Source: Camelus ferus (lineage: Eukaryota). From it: 64,000 nucleotides of DNA. Location of the stretch: the NCBI RefSeq assembly GCF_009834535.1, contig NC_045697.1, positions 62,870,001-62,934,000 of the forward strand, given 5' to 3'. The notes under the pieces are model-generated. The model saw nothing but the letters and a program-made list of their open reading frames with translations. It ran no database searches and was not told the DNA's origin. Every line of letters starts with the position of its first letter. Positions within the stretch are counted from its first letter, which is position 1. Made by a program: the position numbers and the translations under genes. This document shows positions 54,601 through 64,000 of this stretch, piece by piece.

Positions 54601-57600
54601 TTAAGAACACAGGAGATCTGAGAATCCCCCCCGAGACAATGCTGCTTGTATGTATAATCTACCACACAGAGATGGACCTGGTTGAACCTGTTTGGAAGAA
54701 GACTGTGGGAGCAGAAAGGTGCTGAGCCTTGGGCGCATGAGAGAAGGAACCTCTCAGAGTAAACACTGGCTGGGCATCCATTCCACTCCCTGCTCTGGAT
54801 GGAATGAATCTTTGCTAAGCAGACTCAAGTATGAAGGTGTCCTTTGCAAGAGTATCCCTCTGGTAGGTGAAACAACTCAGGCTGCCTTAGCTAACTGTCA
54901 CTTAAGATAAATTACTTCTCTTGTTTTGATGCGAAGCTTACTACTGCAGTTGGCCAACTCAAGTGTTCTGGTCAAATCAATGGTTGTAAAGTAATGAATG
55001 TATTGATGTTCTGGGTTATGTGTCATCCTTTGTGTGCTGGTTAATATGTCTGTTTCTGCAAATGAGAGAAGATGAGAAGTTCTCTCTTGTTATGCAGCTC
55101 AGACCCTGACCATGGTGAATCAACCAAGGTAAAGTCCAGTTTCTGGAAACTTACTGAACAAGCAAACACTTATGACCATGTTATCCTCTTTTCATTTTAT
55201 CTTTCACATTTTTTAAGACTTTCACACTTTATACATATCTTGATAACTATATTATGGATACCAAAAAAAATTTAGGAGAAGTTGCCTGCTAACACATTTT
55301 GGGTACTTCACACTGGCTTAAATCATCTATTCATTTGTTCTAAGGGATTTTCTCTTATCCTCTAATTGCACCCACCTGAGGTAGGTATTGACTAAGAAAG
55401 AATTTTGCAGAAGTTTTGTTTATACATATATTTCTAACTAAGATGCTTGTATAGTGTAATGCAGAACCAAAAAAAAAAAAGATTCAGTGAATTTGTGGTT
55501 TTCAAACTCATTTCAGAATTCTGTTAAAATTAATGATTATACTCCTTTAACATGGTATAGTATAGAAAATTAATTTGATAATCACTGTCTTTGAATTATA
55601 TCAAAACTCCAGGTATTGGGGAGAAGCAGGATTCTGCTTCTACCACATGTGCTTGTCCACACTGGCATTTACTCTCTTTATTACACTGGCAGTCTCTGAA
55701 GAGGAAGCTGTGAAAGGCTATGCAGACTGAAACCTAAGGGACTGACAGCAGAGGTCTCCTTTGAGGGCTGCTTCATGTATTGTACCTTCCCTCTTGTTAT
55801 GTGGTTGCCTCCCCCTGCCGGGCCTCCACCCCTTCCTTCCTCCATCACTCCTCTCACTCCTAAGAACCACAGATGGAAAAGGCATGGCTCGCTGATGTTC
55901 TGCAGTCATTAGCTCATGTATGCCACATTCCAAGGGACCCTTAGTTCTACCCTGCTAGCAAAGTGCTTAATTTAAAAACTGGGACTGGTGATAGCCCTTT
56001 GCTTCCTTTCCCGTTCCCTAGAACCCTGTTCTCTATCTGTTGCTCAACATGCAGTCAGGCAATTCAGTATAAATTTCAGTGTGTTTTCTACAGGTGCAGA
56101 AGATGTTAGTCTATTCCACAGTAAATTAGTCCCATTATCCATTGGTAGCTATTTACTTTTACTGAAGAGAAAAATAATACAGGCACATATGTACATGCAA
56201 AAATGCACCCTTATGGAAGCTCTGAGGGAAATAAAATAAAAAGAGGAAGAGATAGAGCAGTTCTGGAAGTGGCATTTGATAAACAGACAGAAGTGTCAGT
56301 GCTACAAAGTAAAATACTCAATAGGGAGGAAGATGGCTTGTTTCAGAAATCTTAAAGCTCTGGAATCCTCAATAAGCTTGGTGGTTTGCCGATCAGAAAA
56401 GAAAATGACTAGAAATGCGCTTGTGTTTGACTAAAACAGATTGCCTGAGAAAATCTGAAAGTCAAGACGTTTCCTGCTGGGTACCACATCTCAACGCCCC
56501 CTATACTTTCTTTGCCTGGCTGGAAGCAATTGTAATCAGTAATTCTATATTGAAAAACAAATGTCATTTGGCAAATTACAAGTATCATTCAGACCAACAG
56601 CATATACAAATACCTATCAGAAGAAAAATGGTTGTTGCATTTTCCTATTTAGCATCAACAAACAATAACTAGAACACCTTAAAGGACACTTGTATCTCAA
56701 AACATTTCTACCTTTTTTAAAGTTTATGTATGCTATTTGATTTGTCATCACTGTGAAGTTTTTTTCACGTTTATGTCACAGTGTCTGACATCTCCTGCAT
56801 GTTTTCACTTGCAAGAAGCCAAAAGACAAATGAAGACCAAAAAAATGAGGCAGCATATCTAGAACCTAGATATATTTTTAACTCTCAGGTGGCTCTGTGC
56901 CTGCAAAAAACAAACCCCCCTGTGCCCCCCAAAAAGAGAAAAAAAACCCTGGATTTATAACATAGTTTTAAAAATTTAGATTTATTGTTTCATTTTCCTC
57001 TCATAAAAGTACTAACTTGTATAATTTCATTGTGCAGATGAAAAAGTGAAGCAGGAAAATAAAGTGGCCTGTTCATTGCCATGGGGCTACTCAGTGGATG
57101 AGTGGGCACAGCCCTAGAGAAAATTCAATTCTTTGCTATGTAACCAAGTCTTTTTTTTTTTGTCTCCCCTTCTCTTCCTTGGATATAGAAAACCTGCAAT
57201 CTGGTAGCTGATCACAAAAGAGAAGGAGATAAGTTAATATAAGATGTTTTCTCAGTAAATAGAACTGTGAGCTCACATCACTAAAGATGAAGCTTTTCAT
57301 AAAGAATGAAAGGTTTAAGTCTCTTAATTCCACCCGGAGGTTCAGATTAATTACCCTTTTCCGTCAAGGTCACTGACAGTGTAAAGAATTTCCAGACCCC
57401 CCAGAGCCAAGTGTTATCTTTCTCATACAGCAGCCATGGATGCTTAAGTAAATCAATACATGGCAATTAGCAGGTAATAGGCATGATTTTTAAGTAGATA
57501 TAAGATATGATGATCCTGCTGTAGTACGCATCTGGCCAGCCGTGAGTGAACAACTGCTGCTGTCTTGTTGTAATAAAAGATCCATTTCAGTATACAGAGA

Positions 57601-57739
57601 AAAAGGGCCATCAAAAATTGGAAAAAATCAAGGTGCAATATTCAAATTTTGCTGCCTTTAAAAAATTACGTGGTTGGATTTTGTATATTTTTGGAATAGC
57701 ATTCCTCTAGAGAAGGGTGATTTCTGTAATGTGTTTTCT

Positions 57740-58200
57740 ATTTTAATAGACTTATTTTGTAAAGCATTTTTAAGTTTACAGAAAAATTGAGCAGAAAGTA
57801 CAGAGAGATAGGAGGGTATATAGCTCAATAGTAGAGTGTGTGCTTAGCACGCACGAGGTCCTGGGTTCAATCCCCAGTACCTCCACTGAAAAAAAAAATG
57901 AACCTAATTACCTCCCCCCAACCTTCCCCCTAACACACAAAAATACAGTTTCCATACACCCACTTACTTAGGCAAACACGCACACACACAATGCAAACAC
58001 ACACACATGCACACACACACACACAACACATACACACACACAGTTTCCCCATTATTAATATCTGGTATTAGTGTGATATATTTGTTACAACAACATCACT
58101 ATACTATTCTTAATTAAAGTCCATAGTTTACATTAGGGTTCACTCTTTGTGTTGTACAATCCTGTGAATTTTGAGAAATGCATAATGCTAGGTGTCTGCC
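57740..58200 (-). mobile_element. L1MC-type 3' end interrupted by a SINE and a (CA)n tract
   Basis: aagtttacagaaaaattgagcagaaagtacagag ... aaagtccatagtttacattagggttcactctttgtgttgtaca. Confidence 0.8.
57811..57945 (+). mobile_element. tRNA-derived SINE, camelid Vic-1 type
   Basis: GGAGGGTATATAGCTCAATAGTAGAG (A box) ... GAGGTCCTGGGTTCAATCCCCAGTACCTCC (B box), followed by the aacctaattacctcccccc tail typical of camelid SINEs. Confidence 0.85.
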
Positions 58201-59834
58201 GTGTATGAGGAACAATGCTTTTATTCTCCTGTCTTCTACCCTGTGCCTCCAGATGAGATTCTGCCGTATTGTGTTGTTATGTATGAAACCCTAATATGAT
58301 CATAATTTGACCATAAAATTCTATTTTATAGGTGTTTCAAAACTGATTTTAGAGCTAGAATAGTGTGATTTCTCTTCTTAGAACATTTTTGATATTCTTC
58401 CATTATGCATCATTTCCATAAACTGTTGGTGGGTACCACTGTAACAAAGTCAGACCTAAAGCCTTGTCCTTAACTCTAAGAATCTGCAATTTAATTCAGA
58501 TTAATAAATGAACGGATGAAGAGTTGAAGAATACAAAGCATCAGATGTCAGGCTGAAAGCAGTAGGATTAAGTGCTGAATGAGTGACACCAATAAAATCG
58601 GGGAGTGTTCAATGGAGCGATCACACACAAGGGCAGGAGGTTAAGAGAAGGGCTTAGAGGATCAGAATGGGCTTATAGAGCAGTGGGATGTGGACAGCTG
58701 AATAGAAGGAAGGACCTTCAAGACAGGTGAAAGAGCTTGTGAAGACCCAGTGCAGGGGGATTTGTACGTTGTGCCTCTGCTGCTCTCGGAGCACAGGCCT
58801 TTGCTCACCTTTCTCACTGAGAACCTGCCAACCTCCTGGTAACACTGAGAGGCACCCCCTCTGCTCCCAAGACCCACAGTCTTGGCCTTCTCAGCTCTCC
58901 TTACTTCAGCCCTGGAAAAATCTCTTCCTGGTATAGACAAAGCCTTTTCACTTTGTAATACCACATGCAGGAATTCCAGCATGGCCTTAAGCTTTGAGGG
59001 AGAAATAGCTAAAGGGGGAAGTAAATGTTTCTCTTTCTCTCTCTCTCTCTTTTCTCCTAGCTTGCTTCAAATGCCCTCAAAGGCAAGGAAGTGCAGGGAT
59101 TTTCGTGTTTTGGGTAGGTTAGGGTAAAAGGAAGAAAGAAGAAATATAGGGAGAAACACCCCCCCACAAAACTTAAGTTAATATCTCAAAAACTCTATCT
59201 TATAACAGAAATGACCAGAATCAAATACCCCAAATTTGTTTCAAAATTAGTTGCAGAACAAGAAATGTCTAATGTAACTACAATACATCTGGTTCTCATT
59301 TCCTAGAGATGCTGAAAGCAATTTTTAATGACAAGGGACAAAGGACTGAGGAATGAATGACTCATACTAATAGACTTCAACAATGAGGCAGCCCAAGAGG
59401 CAACAGGACAGTTTTAACAAGGCGGCCCCAGGACCAGAAAGTTGGCTTCAGAGGGATTTGGCCAGTAAGACTTTCTGTCAAAGGAAACAGATTGGATTTC
59501 ACAGGGAAATCTGGGGCCATTCGTGCAAGAAACGAGTCTTTAAGTTAGGAAAGTAAATTTTATTCAGATAAAAATAAGTATCCTAGGTTCACGTGAGCAA
59601 TTTGTAACATGTAAACCTTTAAGAATTTGGTAAAATAATATAAGAGGGTGGTAAAAAGTCTGTGTCGTGATCCAGGACACAAGCTCTGCCCCTAATAAAA
59701 ATATTCCCTGTGTATATAATTGAAACAAAGTGAAAGAACCCCAGGGTAGGCGTTGATCATGCCGGGGCAGAGACTCAGATGTGCGGGGCATGAAGTAGGG
59801 ATGGAAGAGTCAAGAAAAGACAGACGCTAATTAA

Positions 59835-60463
59835 AGGGAAACTGTCCACTCACAGCACTTCTAACACCAAATGTGTGAATTTGCCACATCAAACAGTTCT
59901 CCAGTTCTTTATGGATACCAACTGGGTGTTCCACAATTTAATTCTTTCTGACACCACCTGGAATTAGCACAGATGCTTGATATTAAGGGCTCAGTCCCAC
60001 AAAATTGCCCCCATTTCAGACAACAATTGCCAAGTAGTAGGTCCCTAGATTAGTCACACTTCGGATTTTGCTTAGGTTTACTGGTTTCTTATAAAGGATG
60101 CTATAATGAATACAGATAAATAGCCAGATGAATGATGCTAACTGCAGGAGTTTTGTCTCCATGGAATTGGAATGCAAAATCCTTCTGGTACATGGATGTG
60201 CTCACCAGCCTGTAAGCCCTGTCATTTAGGGATATGGAGACTTTATCATGATGGATTGTTAAGTCAATTTCTAGGTCCCTCTTCCCTCCCCCAAGGATGG
60301 GGTAGGGCTGAGGCTGAAATTTCCAAACCTCCAATCATGGCTTCATCTTTCTGAAGACCGGCCTTCGTCCGGGGGCTCACCAAGCATCACCTCCTTAGAA
60401 CAAAGGATTCTCCCATCACCCAGGAAATTCCAGGGAGATGCTCATTGTTTTTCTTAGTGTCAC
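59835..60463 (-). mobile_element. MER21-like LTR
   Basis: cacttctaacaccaaatgtg ... ccaactgggtgttccacaatt ... taagggctcagtcccacaa ... catcacccaggaaattcca. Confidence 0.75.
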
Positions 60464-60634
60464 TTACACTCAGAAATGTAGTCTTCAGTATCTGTCACAG
60501 TGTCTGATCCCAGCACACTACCTGAGACACAGTGGCCACTAAATAAATACTTGGTAAATAAATCCAGGATTTTAATGTGGATCTAACTAACGGAGATGTC
60601 ACAGTTCATTGATAGCTTTTTTTTTTTTTTTTTA

Positions 60635-61081
60635 GTAGATTAAAGCAACACATATTTATTATCTCACAGTTCCTGTGGGTCAGAGTCCAGGCACGGCCCA
60701 GCTGGCTCCTCTGTGCTGGGTCTCCTTAGGTGACAAGCAAGGTGTGAGTGGGCTGCATTCTTTTTAGGAACTCAGGGTCCTCTTCCAAGTTCAAGAGGCT
60801 GTTGGTAGAATTCAGTTACTGGCAGTTGTAGGACTGAGGTCCTCATTTTCTTGCTCTTGTCAGTTGGGGACCCCTCTCATCTTTTATAACATGGCAGCCA
60901 GCTTTTTCAAGAGTGTCAGGATGACTGTTCTTTAAGGCTTTCATCTAAGTCATGTCCACCTAGGATAATTTTCCTTTTGATTAACTCAGAATCAACTCAT
61001 TTGGGACCTCACTTACATCTGCAAGTTCCTTTCACCTTTGGCGTATTCTCATCATGGAATTTTAGAATTCAGCCTGGACCA
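60635..61081 (-). mobile_element. MaLR LTR (MLT1E/F-like)
   Basis: atttattatctcacagttcctgtgggtcag ... agaattcagttactggcagttgtaggactgagg ... ttgattaactcagaatcaact. Confidence 0.8.
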
Positions 61082-63149
61082 AGGAAAAATCAATTGTCCA
61101 AAGTTCCTCTCTGATGCCAACTTGTAGAAAATATTACAATATTATTTCTTATCATTTCTGTTTTTTATCTAAATTGAGATATCAACATAAAACATTTGTA
61201 AATTTTAATCACATGACCAGGGATCATGGAATCATTGAAATTATTAGAGAATAAGTAGGAAAACACATTAGTCCAATCCCTCCTATCTACAAATACAACT
61301 TGTTCTCCATTGTCTGTTTTTTTCAGAAATATAAACATCCAGTATAAAATGGAAATATTCACAAATGCTTGAAACTAGAGATTAATTGAGCTTTATTGAC
61401 GTTATTACAGAAACTCAAAATCAGGTCAACCAATTTTAGTTATATCACAACTCCTTTTTTCAGATCTGAAGAGAACATGACGAATGTGGCACCATTTGGG
61501 TCATGGACACTCAGCTGTTTTTCTGCAGATACTACTTAAATGAACATTTTGATCTGTGAAAATACAAGGTTAGCTCTTTTCTTGATTTTATTTTATTTTT
61601 TGAAGTGTTTAGACAAAAACATATTTCCTGGAAATACTTTTAAACCATTCTCAAGGTGGGGTACTTTATTTTTTATGGGCTGGGGGAGGTGATTTATATT
61701 CGTTTTAACACTGTCTCTTTAAATTTTTATGTGCTCAACCTGCAAAGAATGAACTTTCAGCAAATAAAAGTATGTCAGTGGGGAAACTCACAGTGATTGT
61801 TCTCTGCTGGAAGGATTAAATAAATGTAGAGTTCCAAGCAGGCTTAGGCAGTGAACTGTTAAAAAAAAAAAAAAAAACTAGGAGGATGTGAGGGTAAAAT
61901 AATCTATCTTCCATCATCAACTGATCGTGTTGCCAGGGCCATAGTCTGGAAGTAGCAATGGCGTTACCTCCTCTTCCCTCTGCCTGCCCAGCAGCTGAGA
62001 GGTGGAGCGCTCTGTACCAACACCTGCTGACAAATCAGGGCACTGCTCGCTGTTAGTAACAGGATAAGTCATGTAACCTAAAAGCCTGGCTACCCGCTGT
62101 TAGCTCTTTCTGCACGAAGCCTCCTTATAACTTGCCATACCTGCCTCACAGGTTTGTTACTGAGAATTGAACAAGAGAATATTCACAGAAGTGTTTTGAA
62201 AACAATAATCTATGTAAATGTTATTTACAGTTAAGTATAATATTGCCCAGGAAGTACATAGACATATATATGTGTGTGTGTATGCATATATATGTACACA
62301 TAAATGCACATTACGTATATATTTATATATGCATACACACAGACACTGTAACAATCTAAATCAATTCCTTCTCTTCATAGCAAAATCATTTTTAAAAACT
62401 GTTGTCTGATACTAATTCTATGAACTTCTAGAGTGCCTTTTCTCTTGTGTACTCTGAAAGCTTTTCCTAGTCAAATTAAATAAAATTTAAAGGCTATAAC
62501 ACTCCAGAAACTGAACTAAGGTCTTTCATAAGTTAATGCCTCATTCATTTCTCAAAACAACCATGAGACATAGGTATCACTGTTTTAATTAACAAAGGAG
62601 AAAAGTTAAGTGCCAGAGGCTTTACATTAAATTTTTAGTAATCACATTCTTGATTCAGACATGAGAGGAGAAACACATCAGGAAGGACCCACACCCTTGG
62701 ATTTATGTTAATTGAAACCACAAGGTGATTGTATGTATGTATGTATAAGACTTTATTTGAAAAATAGGTGTTATTTTCTTCATCTGTAGATGAGGACATT
62801 GAAGGTTAGGAGTGTTAATAATTTGATTCGAAGATAAGAACGAGATTCAAATGCAGATAGGCTTGAGATAAAACGTGTGATATTTATATTTACTTCTTTA
62901 TTCAAAATATTGTTAGAGGATCTTCTAAGACATACAATTTCTGAACAAAATCACCATGATCGTTGCTATCGTGGAGTCTGCAGCTGAGTGGGAGAAGCAG
63001 AAACTAATCTAGTAATCCACCAGGAAAATGTAATTGATTTACCATTCAGGTCTCAGCAAAGTTATCTTCCTAGGGAACCCCTCCCATCTCCACTGGTGGT
63101 GTGGCCTCCTCCCCTCAGGAGTCTCTAGCCTTCTTACCACCCTGGGAGA

Positions 63150-63900
63150 AGGGCCTCCTAGTACTTATTTGTTGACTTGCATTTTTGTTTATTTTTTGCA
63201 TGTATCCCACTAGAATAGAAGGTCCTGAGAGCAGGGATCTTATCTGACTAATTGACTGTTGTTCCCCAGTGCCTGGAATCCTGGCTGCCTGTCCTATAAT
63301 TTAATTATTCATTAAATGTTTGTTGACAGAAGAGAGGAAGGAAGACGGGCTTCTGATGGCAGTGCAGAGTGCTGTGAGAATGTATTTTATGTACCTGATA
63401 GGAGAAATCAGAAACATCTGAAGAAGTCATACTTGAATTGCAAATCTGTAGAATGGATGAGGTCCTAAAGGAGTAGACAGAGGGTGGGGGTAATGTGTGT
63501 GTGTGTGTGTGTGTGTAGGAAGGGAGCAGCTGAGGTTTCACAAAGAGCAAGGAGTATGTGCAAAGTCCTGTGGTCGAACAGAACATGTTAAATATGAAGA
63601 AAGAAAAGAAGGCCAAGAGCAATTTAAGTGCAAAACATGGCAGGAAAAGTAGGTTGTGTCAGAGCCTTGCAGTAATTTTGACTTTATCGGAAAAGCCATG
63701 AGGAGCCACTGAAATATTTTAACCAGGAGGGAAGTATAACAATGTTTGCATTTTCATCAAGACCCTTTCTTGACATGGAAAGAGAGGGAAGGGGCAGAGC
63801 AGATGCAGGGATCCCAGGTTAGAGCCTCCGACATGGTCTAGAAATGAGGCCAAAGATCCTGGAGGATCCTTGATGATGGCGCTAAGAAGAACAGTTGTTG
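63150..63900. mobile_element. LINE-2 fragments in both orientations
   Basis: ccactagaatagaaggtcctgagagcaggga ... taaatgtttgttga (plus 3' end) and tgcaaagtcctgtgg ... gagccactgaaatattttaaccagg (minus). Confidence 0.6.
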
Positions 63901-64000
63901 AACTCATGAGCTCTTGAAGAGAAAACTATTCAGTCTGTGATATTGGGAAACACAGGGCAGAGGAGATGGGGCCAGCAGGGACGCCTGCCTGGTTTCTGGC

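Noticed and set aside
57811..57885. tRNA-Ala-like gene
   Set aside because: It is followed by a SINE-specific tail, inserted inside an L1 and has degenerate stems, so it is a SINE rather than a tRNA gene.

Overview
This is AT-rich, CpG-depleted mammalian genomic DNA, very likely from a camelid (camel, alpaca or llama), judged by a tRNA-derived Vic-1-type SINE and cetartiodactyl-type L1 3' ends. Most of the window is intronic or intergenic sequence filled with L1, L2, MIR, MaLR/ERVL/ERV1 LTRs and hAT-type MER elements; repeat family names come from recalled consensus sequences, not from a search. The one unambiguous protein-derived segment is an intronless, GC/CpG-rich copy of the 3' part of the DNA ligase III alpha (LIG3) mRNA at about 37051-38200. 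Its frame is uninterrupted and could encode a 315-aa OB-fold + linker + BRCT protein from a strong-Kozak ATG, with no adenylation domain. Unusually for a retrocopy, it shows no poly(A) tail and no target-site duplication. A small CpG-island-like promoter (two NRF1-type sites, YY1 and CRE-type motifs, splice donors on both strands) lies at about 54.2-54.6 kb. Other notable items are a MER41-like solo LTR, a poly(A)-only insertion with a 14-bp TSD, a 5'-inverted L1 and a strong CTCF motif. The remaining ORFs in the track look like chance or repeat-derived frames. No prokaryotic systems, CRISPR arrays or rRNA genes were seen.
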